This document shows positions 30,155-40,397 of a DNA stretch of 64,000 nt, piece after piece (position 1 is the stretch's first letter; each line of letters opens with the position of its first letter). The stretch covers positions 68,345 through 132,344 of the forward strand of contig WJKM01000004.1 in the NCBI GenBank assembly GCA_014729085.1. Direction: 5' to 3'. Position numbers and translations under genes: made by a program. Source of the stretch: Candidatus Dojkabacteria bacterium. GTDB taxonomy: Bacteria > Patescibacteriota > Dojkabacteria > B142 > WJKM01. The notes under the pieces were generated by a model. The model made no database searches. It was not told the origin of the DNA and saw only the letters and a list, made by a program, of their open reading frames with translations.

Positions 30155-31033
30155 ATGAATCAAATTTATATAGCTATAATTTTTGGGGTTGTATGTATGA
30201 TTGGCTGGGGTGTAACTGACATTTTCAATAAAAACGTTATAGACAAAATTGGTAGCTACAAAACTTCAGTTTATATTAATGGACTTGCAACGATAATGTC
30301 ATTCCCGATATTGCTTATTGATTGGTCCTTTCCAAAGCTAACGTTCTTAAATATAATCTACCTGTTAATATTCAGTTTCCTTGACTTTTTAGGATTTTAT
30401 TTTTTATATAAAGCTTATCAGCTTGGAAAGGTAAGTATATTAAATCCTATTACTTCAAGTTATGCAATACTCACCTCTTTTCTATCGTATATATTTTTTG
30501 CAGAAAATTTTCCTCCTCTTAAAATAGCAGCTGTTTTTGTGACTATCATTGGCATTTTATTAACTTCAGTAAATATAAACGATTTAAAAGATGGACTGCA
30601 AACTAAAGATCTTGTAAAAGGTGTACCACAGGCTATCATTGTATTCTGTATCTACGGAACAATTCTCCCATTTTGGGATAGATACCTAGACCAGGAAGGC
30701 TGGATCTGGATTTCAATACTGGCAAGATTCCTTACATTTATTTTTACATTAATTTTTGCTACTGTTATCAAAAAACAATCCATACAAATTCCATCCAAAG
30801 GTTTAATGAAACCACTTTTTTGGGGAGCCTTGTTCATTTCAATCGGAAATTGGGGCTTCAATCTTGGCTTAAAATATACAAATCAGACCAGCATCATTGC
30901 CGTTCTCGCTTCAGCATATCCACTAGTACTTCTTATTTGCGCCTATATTTTTCTAAAAGAAAGAATAGCAACAAATCAATATTTCGGTATTTTCCTGATA
31001 GTTGCTGGTATTGTTATTACTTCATATATATAA
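30155..31033 (+). CDS. EamA/DMT family transporter
   Basis: About 10 TM helices in two repeats. G.VS...PI and YIFLKERI...Q..G motifs. Confidence 0.9.
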   Translation: MNQIYIAIIFGVVCMIGWGVTDIFNKNVIDKIGSYKTSVYINGLATIMSFPILLIDWSFPKLTFLNIIYLLIFSFLDFLGFYFLYKAYQLGKVSILNPITSSYAILTSFLSYIFFAENFPPLKIAAVFVTIIGILLTSVNINDLKDGLQTKDLVKGVPQAIIVFCIYGTILPFWDRYLDQEGWIWISILARFLTFIFTLIFATVIKKQSIQIPSKGLMKPLFWGALFISIGNWGFNLGLKYTNQTSIIAVLASAYPLVLLICAYIFLKERIATNQYFGIFLIVAGIVITSYI

Positions 31034-31111
31034 TTTTTCCTTTAATAGAAATTTTAAATAGTAATTCATATTTATTATTATGTATATACATTTATCAACA
31101 AATTAATAGAT

Positions 31112-32017
31112 ATGATCAAACTTCAAAAAATTACACTCAAAGAATTGAATATCAAAAAAGAGAAGGCTGTTGCCCTCTTGAACCCATGTGTGGTTTGTCC
31201 TAGGGAATGCAGAGTTGATCGCATAAAAACACAAGAGGGGTATTGTAAAACTAAAAATAAACCCAAAATCCATTCAGCTCAACCTCATTTTGGTGAAGAA
31301 TCTTGTCTAGTGGGTATAAAAGGATCAGGAACAATCTTTTTCTCGAGTTGTAATCTATCCTGTGTTTATTGTCAAAATTGGAAAATCAGTCAGATGAAAA
31401 TGGGGGAAGAGATGGAAATATCTCAGCTTGCATCATTAATGCTATATCTTGAAGCTAAAGGTTGTTCAAACATAAATCTTGTATCTCCCTCTATTTGGGT
31501 TCCTCAGATAATCGAATCACTGATTTTAGCAAAAAAGAAAGGGCTGAATATTCCCCTTGTTTTTAATACCGGAGGCTATGATCGCCTCGAGACTCTAAAA
31601 TTATTAGATGGAATTATCGACATCTACTTACCAGATATTAAGTATTCTACAAATAAAATGAGTCAAAACTACTCAAATGTTTCTGACTATTGGGTGAGAG
31701 TTCAACGGGCTGTATGGGAAATGTACAAACAAGTCGGAGACTTGAAAATCAACAAAGAAGGGATAGCTGAGTCGGGACTTCTAGTAAGGCATCTAATTCT
31801 TCCAAATAGACTAGCTGGAACAGCAAAAGTAATGAAGTTTATTTCATCTGTATCAAAAAATTCATATATAAATATAATGGACCAATATCAACCTTGTTTT
31901 AAGAGTAGAAAATTTCCAGAACTCAATCGTAAAATAACAGACCAAGAATTTAAACAGGCAGTTGGAATTGCCAAAAATGAAGGACTGTATCGTTTTGAAC
32001 ATCTGCAAAGAAAATAA
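31112..32017 (+). CDS. pflX: Radical SAM protein, PflX-like
   Basis: C..CPR.C...R, HFGEE, GTIFFS.CNLSCVYCQN, NINLVSP, DIYLPD.KY and LVRHL.LP motifs. Confidence 0.85.
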   Translation: MIKLQKITLKELNIKKEKAVALLNPCVVCPRECRVDRIKTQEGYCKTKNKPKIHSAQPHFGEESCLVGIKGSGTIFFSSCNLSCVYCQNWKISQMKMGEEMEISQLASLMLYLEAKGCSNINLVSPSIWVPQIIESLILAKKKGLNIPLVFNTGGYDRLETLKLLDGIIDIYLPDIKYSTNKMSQNYSNVSDYWVRVQRAVWEMYKQVGDLKINKEGIAESGLLVRHLILPNRLAGTAKVMKFISSVSKNSYINIMDQYQPCFKSRKFPELNRKITDQEFKQAVGIAKNEGLYRFEHLQRK

Positions 32018-32021
32018 TTTT

Positions 32022-33509
32022 TTATTTTTTCTTCGCAAGGACTTTTCTTTCGATAAATATAAATATCAAAATAGAAGCTATACCTATCCAACCAATAAAA
32101 TCTCCAAATCTTGTATAAAAAGTCCCGCTTTGTGGAATACTGATTTTAGATATTACAACTTTTGTAACTGGGATTTTAGAAATATTTTTTTCTAAAATTT
32201 CACCGTATTCATTAATGATAACTGAATCATAACCTCCATCTGCTTTAATTATCGAAACTTTATTTTCCAATGCACGAAATACTGTATGCGCATAATGTCT
32301 GTCTGCAATCTCAGGCCAATCAAGTGAAGGGACTGCAAGTATTTGTGCACCGTTAGAAACTGCAAAACGCGTACTATCAGTAAAATCCTGATCATAACAA
32401 ATTATTACTCCTAATTTACCATATGGGGTATCTATAACTGGATAATTGCCTAATCCAGTATTCTTTTCCCCACCGAAAAGAACTGGATGTTGTTTTCCAT
32501 ATCTTCCAGAAAATTTACCATCTGGAGTTATAGTTACAGCTTCATTTCTCCAAGTACCATCCTCATTTGCGACAATATAACCAGTAGTTAAATAAATATT
32601 ATTCTTACTTGCCAAATCAGTGAGCATCTCTGTATCTTGAACTTGAGGATCAAAAGCTAATGCTCCTTCCGGCCATACTACAATTCTAGCGCCATTAGCT
32701 ACTGCCTTTTCAGTCAAATCTATGAGGGTATTAAGTATGTTTTCTTGAATTTCTGGGGTATCATCATACCCGCCATCTGAGGTTCTTCTATTTATACTCA
32801 CAGCAGCGACTTTCACTTCAGTTCGTTTTTGTTCTCTTGTCTGACTTAAAACAATACTTAATAATCCCCAACCTATTAAGACAAATCCAACAATTATTAA
32901 AGAATACTTTACAACAGACCAAGATCTACGAATCTCAGAAATTTCCTTTTTCCTGTTACAGTAATCATAAATCTTAATAGCTAACAATCCTAATGTAAAA
33001 TTAATTGAAATTATTAACAATCCAAGTCCCAAGATACCAAATATTGATACAGGAAGTATTAAGCCATTCTGTCTATATAAAGCATATGCTATAAAAGCCC
33101 AGGACCCCATTATTGGTATAAAAAGCCTTATCATTTCAACCGCAGTCCACGCAAGAGACTCTTTTACAACGAAATATTTATAATCTGTTTTTTCATGGAA
33201 CTCTACATTATTCTTCTCAGTTAGAAATACAACTAAAACTAGAATAATAGGTAGATAAATCATATAAGTGCCTGAGCTAGCAAAGATATCAATAAAAAAT
33301 ACACCTAACCAAACAGCATTGTATATAGCAGGAGCCAAACTCGAAAATTTCTTAGGCATAATTCGATACTGAGCTAAAATACTTGGAACTAAAGCTATGA
33401 ATATACAGTACCAATATTTGCCCGGAGGGAGGGAGATAATTAGCAAAATTGCAGATAGCAATGAAAATAAAATACCAATTAAAATTTTAGATATATTCTT
33501 ATTTAACAT
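32022..33509 (-). CDS. lnt: Apolipoprotein N-acyltransferase-like (membrane domain plus nitrilase domain)
   Basis: N-terminal TM bundle. E-K-C triad motifs VWPEGA, YGKQHPV and ICYD. RALEN motif. Confidence 0.8.
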   Translation of the reverse strand: MLNKNISKILIGILFSLLSAILLIISLPPGKYWYCIFIALVPSILAQYRIMPKKFSSLAPAIYNAVWLGVFFIDIFASSGTYMIYLPIILVLVVFLTEKNNVEFHEKTDYKYFVVKESLAWTAVEMIRLFIPIMGSWAFIAYALYRQNGLILPVSIFGILGLGLLIISINFTLGLLAIKIYDYCNRKKEISEIRRSWSVVKYSLIIVGFVLIGWGLLSIVLSQTREQKRTEVKVAAVSINRRTSDGGYDDTPEIQENILNTLIDLTEKAVANGARIVVWPEGALAFDPQVQDTEMLTDLASKNNIYLTTGYIVANEDGTWRNEAVTITPDGKFSGRYGKQHPVLFGGEKNTGLGNYPVIDTPYGKLGVIICYDQDFTDSTRFAVSNGAQILAVPSLDWPEIADRHYAHTVFRALENKVSIIKADGGYDSVIINEYGEILEKNISKIPVTKVVISKISIPQSGTFYTRFGDFIGWIGIASILIFIFIERKVLAKKK

Positions 33510-33670
33510 ATAACTTGTACTTAATAAATAGTTGTCTATTATAACTAATATCTGAAATGACTTTAATTATTTTAAACAACAAAATAAATATAATAAATTT
33601 CATAAATATTGTTTTCCATATATAGTTATGATATAGTTCTAAAATACTTTTCTATATTAATAAAAAACAA

Positions 33671-34635
33671 ATGAAGGCATTGTTACTAGAAAATATACAT
33701 AAAATTGCTATTCAAAATTTACAAGAAAAAATTTTGAAGTTATTTCCAAAGACTGTGCATTTACAGAAAACAAACTCATTGAACAAATTAAAGATATAGA
33801 AATACTTGGTATTAAATCCCGAACTAAAATAACCAAAAAAGTCCTATCTCATGCTAAAAAACTTAAAGTTATTGGAACTTTTTCTGTAGGCACTAAACAT
33901 ATTGATATAGATTCATGTAGCAAATATAAAATCCCAGTCTTTAATGATCCACAAAGTAGTACTAGAAGTGTTGCAGAATTAGTAATTGGGAACATAATTG
34001 CTTTATCTAGGGGAATTTTTCATAAATCAAACGATGTACATAATGGGATCTGGGAAAAGAATTCTAAGAAATCCTATGAGATCAGTAATAAAATTCTAGG
34101 TATCATTGGTTATGGAAATATAGGATCTCAAGTTTCTCTGTTTGCTGAAAATCTTGGAATGAAAGTCCTTTTTTTTGATATTGAGGACAAAGATCCTGTT
34201 GGCAAAGCCACTAAATGTAACTCTATGAAGCAACTTCTAAAAATCGCAGATATTATTACAATACATGTCGATGGAAGAGAAGAAAACACAAATCTAATCG
34301 ACTTTGCAGAATTGGAACTGATGAAAAAAGGCGCAGTTCTTATTAATACAAGCAGAGGACATGTAGTAAACTTTCCTGCAGTACTAGACAATCTCAAATC
34401 CGAAAAATTACACAGTGGCGCATTTGATGTGCATCCAGACGAACCAAATTGCTATAAAGGTAAATATACTTCCGTACTTCAAAAACTTCCGAATGTAATT
34501 CTTACTCCTCATATAGGAGCTTATACTGAAGAAGCCCAATATAATGTTGGAAATTCTGTATCTAATAAAATAATCAGATATATTTCAAAAAATAATCCTG
34601 AAGATTGTGTTAATGAATCCGCATTACGTTACTAA
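33671..34635 (+). pseudogene. serA: D-3-phosphoglycerate/2-hydroxyacid dehydrogenase with a single frameshift
   Basis: ATG 33671 gives MKALLLENIH...QEK. Adding one A to the A6 run (33726-33731) continues NFEVIS...GIKSRT...GIIGYGNIG...INTSRG...TPHIG. Confidence 0.8.
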
Positions 34636-34782
34636 GCCTGATTATCAAAATCAAATATAGATGCTGTTTATCCAATTGTAATACTTTCTTAAAATCAATA
34701 TCTATTATTTAATATCAGATTGAGCATATATATTAATGCTTGTATAATTAGTTTCACAATATCTTATATCCACGATTTTTGT

Positions 34783-35475
34783 ATGAATAAAATTGGAAAA
34801 GGTCCTAATTTAATATTTTTCCATGGAGGCGGAGTACGTTACAACTCATATCTACCTTTAATGAAGGCCTTATCTTCACACTACACAGTATATTATTTTG
34901 ATCTACCTGGCCATGGATCCGAAATGACTAATGGGAATCCTATAGATGCGGTAAACAAGTTGACACAAAAAATTAAAAATTATTCAATTGGAAATCCAAT
35001 TCTTTTAGGCCATTCGTTTGGAGGTTTTTGTGCATATGAAGTCAGCAAAAATCTTGAAGATATCAACCAAGTAATACTTTTAAATCCATTACTCATTGAA
35101 TCCAAAAAAAACTTTCTTTATCTCCTGTTTAGGTTTCTTATTCTAAAAAATATTCGTTCAATAATAATGAAACCAATGATTATAAAATTTTATATAAAGG
35201 CTTTTATGGATATTTTGATTAATATATTTTCTCAAAATATAAATCTCGTAAATACAATTAAATTGCTACTCAACTCTACTTACTGTACTAAAACCCCTCT
35301 TAATCAATCTAATCCCAAAACTGTAATCTTACATGGAAAGCATGATTCAATTATTCCTTACAATAATTTTCAAGATGGCTTCAAAAAAATCACAAATCTG
35401 GTAGATGGAGAACATGATTGGTGCATGAATAATGTAGAAGATACTGTAAGAAAAATTTTAAAAGTTGCTACTTGA
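34783..35475 (+). CDS. Alpha/beta hydrolase
   Basis: FFHGGG, DLPGHG, nucleophile elbow GHSFGG, HG..D.IIP and GEHDW. Confidence 0.85.
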   Translation: MNKIGKGPNLIFFHGGGVRYNSYLPLMKALSSHYTVYYFDLPGHGSEMTNGNPIDAVNKLTQKIKNYSIGNPILLGHSFGGFCAYEVSKNLEDINQVILLNPLLIESKKNFLYLLFRFLILKNIRSIIMKPMIIKFYIKAFMDILINIFSQNINLVNTIKLLLNSTYCTKTPLNQSNPKTVILHGKHDSIIPYNNFQDGFKKITNLVDGEHDWCMNNVEDTVRKILKVAT

Positions 35476-35490
35476 ATGATTACTATGAAT

Positions 35491-35564
35491 TCAGGCCAGG
35501 CGGACTTGAACCGCCGCTCTCACGGCCCCCAGCCGTGCGTTTTAGCCAACTAAACTATGGCCTG
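35491..35564 (-). tRNA. tRNA-Pro(GGG)
   Basis: Cloverleaf on the minus strand. Anticodon arm CACGG-CT-GGG-GG-CCGTG, T-loop GTTCAAG. Confidence 0.95.
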
Positions 35565-35646
35565 AAATTTATTTGCTCTCTATAAATGAACAATAAAAAT
35601 AATATAAGTATTTTATAAAATCACAGAAAATTTGTATAGCTTGAAA

Positions 35647-36036
35647 TTAAGAGATCAAGGTATAAGCAATATAAATAACTTCTCCTATAATTGCCAAAAT
35701 AAAAACAATAGTCATTATCTTGGAAATTGGCAAGGTTTTCTTTTCACTCACTTGCTGTTGAGGCATTTGTTGTGGGGGTTGTACTACTGGAGGTTGTTGG
35801 ATTTGTACAGGAGGCTGATTTGGATTCTGAACAGGGACATTTGGAGTCTGTGGAACTGGATTAGGCTGTGTCTGAGTTTGAGGCTGCTGTTGTCCAGGTA
35901 CATTTCCTACTTGTGGTGAGGGAACCGCAGGCTGTGTCTGTTGATTCGGCTGCTGAGGTTGTCCTGATGAATTTGGTTGATTGGGTAGAGGAGGTAATCC
36001 TCCGGGATTATTTTGCTGTTGGGCAGGATTTTGCAT
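35647..36036 (-). CDS. Pro/Gln-rich protein with C-terminal TM helix
   Basis: Low-complexity P/Q region followed by one hydrophobic helix. Confidence 0.75.
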   Translation of the reverse strand: MQNPAQQQNNPGGLPPLPNQPNSSGQPQQPNQQTQPAVPSPQVGNVPGQQQPQTQTQPNPVPQTPNVPVQNPNQPPVQIQQPPVVQPPQQMPQQQVSEKKTLPISKIMTIVFILAIIGEVIYIAYTLIS

Positions 36037-36140
36037 ATCTTCAAAATTCTCAAATTAATCAGTTTATTATGCCTTCTTTAAGAAATGAGGTCAAGATAAA
36101 GTCAGTTGTCCGTCATACATTCAACCCCTGCTTGTTTAAA
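35921..36140. repeat. Imperfect ~215 bp direct repeat, copy 1
   Basis: Matches 37609-37824; shared blocks include TGATGAATTTGGTTGATTGGGTAGAGGAGG and CAAGATAAAGTCAGTTGTCCGTCA. Confidence 0.9.
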
Positions 36141-36186
36141 ATCGATGAAATGATAAAACTACAAAAGAGGGTCAATTAGAAATCTA

Positions 36187-37275
36187 CTATAATAACTCAA
36201 AATACCATACCTCCCCATGTTCTAATGATTTATATCTTAGATAAAAGTCTTCTAAATGTTTTTCTTGAGCTACTTTAAAAGTCAGTATATTATTACCATT
36301 ACTAAGATATAGAGTCTCATTTGTCGCCTCGAAATACTTCTTGCTATGCTTTTCTATTAAGGAAATATAATAAGTTTCCAATTTTTCATCATAATCATCA
36401 TCGTTCCTCTCTATATGTAAAGACACATCAATTTCCTTTTCTGCATTTTCGCTTTTAATCTCAGCATGATTAACTGACATTTTCCAATAAGCATCTGACT
36501 TCTCGTCATTTATTTTTACAATCTCAACATCCTGATCATCCTGGAAAAAATGATCTTTATTTTTATTAATTCTATACCTTAAAGGCTCAACAATTATTTC
36601 CCATACTAAGGCAGAAAAAATAAGCGTAAGTATCAAAATTATTAACAAGTAAAACGAATTAACGAAAATTTTATTGAAAAAATTCTTATAATTATCTTCT
36701 ACACCTTCCACTTTAATTCCCTGCAAAAGTTCTGCAGGATTATTTTCAAATTTTCGTTGGAGTTCATCACTATATCCCACAGAACTCCTCTCATTCAAAG
36801 ATCCAAATATGTCCATATACTTTGGTAAATCGTCTTCGTTGACTCGAATGGCGATTTTCCTGCCTTCTATAGTTCCAAGGACTATAAAATTGATAACAGC
36901 TCTTCTGAAGTTAGGATTCTTAACTGTACGCATCCAATAATTTGCGAGCCCAATTTTTCTATTATAAACCCATACTAAAGACCTTGGTTTATTTTTAATT
37001 CTATGGGTCAACCAAAAGTTTTTATAACTACGATATGTATAAACATCTCTTAATCTTAAAAAAAGATTTACAAAAAGAATAAGCAGACTTATTATCCCAA
37101 CTGCAAAAAATAATATATTTTCACTTTTAATAACATAAATATTTGAAAGAATTACTAGCAAAATTGATGAGATTATAATTAATATAGATTTAACAGCTTG
37201 GTTTTTCTCCTGCTGAATAAACCTTTGTAAAAATAATAATGCTTCTTCTTTTTTTGTTAGCTGTCTATTACTCAT
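36187..37275 (-). CDS. Hypothetical membrane protein (3 TM) between the direct repeats
   Basis: 362 aa ORF with three hydrophobic helices. Confidence 0.75.
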   Translation of the reverse strand: MSNRQLTKKEEALLFLQRFIQQEKNQAVKSILIIISSILLVILSNIYVIKSENILFFAVGIISLLILFVNLFLRLRDVYTYRSYKNFWLTHRIKNKPRSLVWVYNRKIGLANYWMRTVKNPNFRRAVINFIVLGTIEGRKIAIRVNEDDLPKYMDIFGSLNERSSVGYSDELQRKFENNPAELLQGIKVEGVEDNYKNFFNKIFVNSFYLLIILILTLIFSALVWEIIVEPLRYRINKNKDHFFQDDQDVEIVKINDEKSDAYWKMSVNHAEIKSENAEKEIDVSLHIERNDDDYDEKLETYYISLIEKHSKKYFEATNETLYLSNGNNILTFKVAQEKHLEDFYLRYKSLEHGEVWYFELL

Positions 37276-37608
37276 ATTTTCCAGAAGTAAATCTAAAGAA
37301 TTATATCCTAAATTTTCAGAATCAAATTATCAACTTTTTAGTAAGATATTAAATTTCTGTCTCTTGTAACTGAACTTATTGTATGTTGATTTTGTATTAT
37401 AATTTTTGACAATAGTAATTTCGCATCCTTATACAATCAATCCTATATCAAATTTACAATTTATTCCACTTTTTTTTGGTGGAACCTCAAATCATGATAG
37501 TTTTAAGACAATTAAACTCAAACGAATCTTTTAAAACTTGGTAGAATTTTAAGATTACCAACCTAAATTTAGAAGAATTCCTTTTTTTTTATAATTAAAA
37601 TAGCCGAA

Positions 37609-37824
37609 GGAACTGTAGGTTGTACTTACTGATTCGGTTGCTGAGGTTGAAATGATGAATTTGGTTGATTGGGTAGAGGAGGGAATCCTCCGGGATTGTT
37701 TTGCTTTTGGGCAGGATTCTGCATATCTTCAAGTTATTCAATCATTTTATTATGCCTTCTTTAGGAAATGAAGCCAAGATAAAGTCAGTTGTCCGTCACA
37801 CATTCAAGCCCTGCTTGGTCTAAA
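37609..37824. repeat. Imperfect ~215 bp direct repeat, copy 2; contains a truncated 32-codon copy of the P/Q gene start (37626-37724, minus)
   Basis: Translates MQNPAQKQNNPGGFPPLPNQPNSSFQPQQPNQ* versus the intact MQNPAQQQNNPGGLPPLPNQPNSSGQPQQPNQQ. Confidence 0.9.
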
Positions 37825-39104
37825 TAGCCAATATAATTTTGAAATAAAGGATCTGGAAAATCTACTCCATGTTTTCTTCGTAAATCATTGTAATAACCTC
37901 CTTCTTCAAAAAGTTTAGACATTTGCTCACAATCAGATTGATAAACCATCATTGGTAACTCTTGACCGTCCAACATAGCTTCTGTATACGATACTACATA
38001 AGGAAGACTTAAACTATCTGTCATAAGATTTCTCTTTGCATTATAATAAGCAGCTTCACTAACGTCGCTGTAGTCAGAATCAAAATTTCTCATATCATAA
38101 ATTCCATTATCTGTTTCTATAATGTAATCACCATCATCTATCAATTCTTGAAAATAAAGATCTACAACTTCACGAACAAGATTTTCTTTAGCCTCGTAAT
38201 CATAAGCTGCTGGTTCTTCAATATCATACTCATCCATTATTCTTTGAACTTCATTCTCCAAAAGACGGTTTTCTATAAGTTCTTCATATAATACCCCCGA
38301 ACGAGCAATACTTGCTAATTCTGGGACTGTCAAATCTTGAATATCTTCAAATGATATTCCTCTTACTTGCCATAGATTACCTAAATTAGAAACATTAAAA
38401 TTCATTGCCTCATCTGGAAAACTATATCCTATTCGACCTAGGTCATCAGTAACTCTAGGCCCGTATTTGAGCATAGTAAAAATGAACATATCTCGATCAC
38501 TTCCTGAAATATCAAAAACAATTTCGGGTTGTATAATATCAAATCCTTCTGCCTCAAGTAATTGACACCAATTGCATCCGGTTCTATACTGACCTTCAGT
38601 AAAATTCATGAAAATATGATCAAAATCATATTCAACTCCTGATTCTTCTTCAAATATATTAAGTCGAGTACGTAAAGCTTCTGGAGCAAGCATGAAATCC
38701 GCTTCATGTGGATTATTTACATGCCCATAAATTGTCCTTTCTCCAAAAGGAAATTCAAAATGTGCCTGAGGTGATCCTACATCTTGATTTGTGTTACTCA
38801 AATCAAAGGAAGTATATTCTCCCTCTAATTCCAAAAATCCTAGCTCTGGAAGACGATCTAAATTACCATCTCCATTAAAATCCAAATCAAACAAATCTGG
38901 AATACCATCTCCATCCATATCTGGATTTGAAGCTTCTACCGTAGACGTAGGTACAGGAGTAGCTGTAGGATCAATTCCATCAGGATCTGGTACCGGTGTT
39001 TCGCTTGGGTCTACTTCTGTATTAACTGCACCTCCACAACCTGTCATTAAAGTGACAGCTAGTAATAGTGGGCCATAACGTTTTAAAAAATTCTCTTATT
39101 CCAT
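37785..39104 (-). CDS. Acidic lipoprotein with an in-frame TAA at codon 3 of the signal peptide (possible pseudogene)
   Basis: ATG 39104 reads ME*ENFLKRYGPLLLAVTLMTGC (lipobox), then a P/T linker and DxDGDG motifs. Confidence 0.65.
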
Positions 39105-39296
39105 AACGAACATTATAAGAAAAAATTTTATCCCGATTATATCAACTCATAGTGTAAGTTTCTAGTATTTTATCTGATTTTTATATGTAGTGAAGAATCT
39201 ATAACGCGTACCAAACAGTTTATGCTAATTAATCCTCAAGGAAGATTTAACCAAGCAAATTATGGCACTGTATATGCAGAAAAATGAATGTTTTAA

Positions 39297-40373
39297 TTAC
39301 TCAACTTTCTTCCACTTAACACATATTGATTTTTGACACTGTCTATACAAAATATCTTCCTCTAAAAATACTTCATGTGTTTCGCCCTCAGAGTCAACCA
39401 TAGTAACATTTCCATTATTGTAGGTATAACTTGTGAATTGAATTGGACCTTCATTTTGGCAGGTTGCTCTATGCCAACAATGCTCCGCAGTTCCATCTTC
39501 TTTAAATAAATAATATGAACCTTCATACATGGTATCTGTCAAATCAGTTGTACCAAGATATTCATAAATCAGCCACTTTCCAACTAGATTAATTTCTGGA
39601 GACTCTTCTGGTTCCTGTGTTTCTTCCACAGGCTCATACTCATTCAAACCAAATTCACTAGCATCTATTGTTGGGGTGGATTCTTGTTGAGTATCTAAAT
39701 CTGAGATAGAGTCTTCTGCATCTCCTAGTAATCTACTCTTAAATTCTTTATCTTCATTAACTATCTCTGCCAATTTTTCTTCTACTTTTTGGTAATCTAC
39801 CTCTCCACGTTTCTCCTGCTCCTCCAGTTCCTTAAGTTCCTTGTATTTAGTCTCTACTTGACTCCCTACTTCCTCCATCTCTTTTCTCATTGCTCTTGCT
39901 TTTGCAATTAATATTGCAATATCTGCATCACTTCCTGTATTCGCCATATTTCTCCACATCTTCATATCCACTCCTTCTTCTTCACCAGCTGAAGCTTTTG
40001 CTGCCATTACTGTATCCTGCACTCCAGATACTACTCCATCCAAATCTTTTGCTCCTGGCACATCCGGAGTTAGCAATCCTGTACCAAGATTAAATGCTTC
40101 CTCGGAAAGTTTTCTATTGTATGAACTTTCATTTAATTGTGATAAAGTCTGTTCTGTCTGACTAAGACTTTCTGCTATCCTAAGCTTTGCACGCTTTCTT
40201 TCCAGATTTGCTTCCTTATCAGCTTGATTTTGTAAAATCGTTGCTTGATTACGCATATCCATAAGCGACTCATCTATAACGCTTTTATCGTGAATTGTCC
40301 CAGCAGTATTTGCTCCTGCTGTGATCAATCCCATTACTGTCATTGTTGTTACTATTGTTGTAAATATTGCCAT
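39297..40373 (-). CDS. Hypothetical protein (hydrophobic N-terminus, coiled coil, C-terminal lipocalin-like domain)
   Basis: 358 aa ORF. LVGKW...Y.F.EDGT start of a beta-barrel. Confidence 0.65.
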   Translation of the reverse strand: MAIFTTIVTTMTVMGLITAGANTAGTIHDKSVIDESLMDMRNQATILQNQADKEANLERKRAKLRIAESLSQTEQTLSQLNESSYNRKLSEEAFNLGTGLLTPDVPGAKDLDGVVSGVQDTVMAAKASAGEEEGVDMKMWRNMANTGSDADIAILIAKARAMRKEMEEVGSQVETKYKELKELEEQEKRGEVDYQKVEEKLAEIVNEDKEFKSRLLGDAEDSISDLDTQQESTPTIDASEFGLNEYEPVEETQEPEESPEINLVGKWLIYEYLGTTDLTDTMYEGSYYLFKEDGTAEHCWHRATCQNEGPIQFTSYTYNNGNVTMVDSEGETHEVFLEEDILYRQCQKSICVKWKKVE

Positions 40374-40397
40374 TTTCGATTGATTAAAAAAGTATAT

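Noticed and set aside
33720-33740. Programmed -1 frameshift in serA
   Set aside because: There is no correctly phased X XXY YYZ heptamer or evident stimulatory structure.
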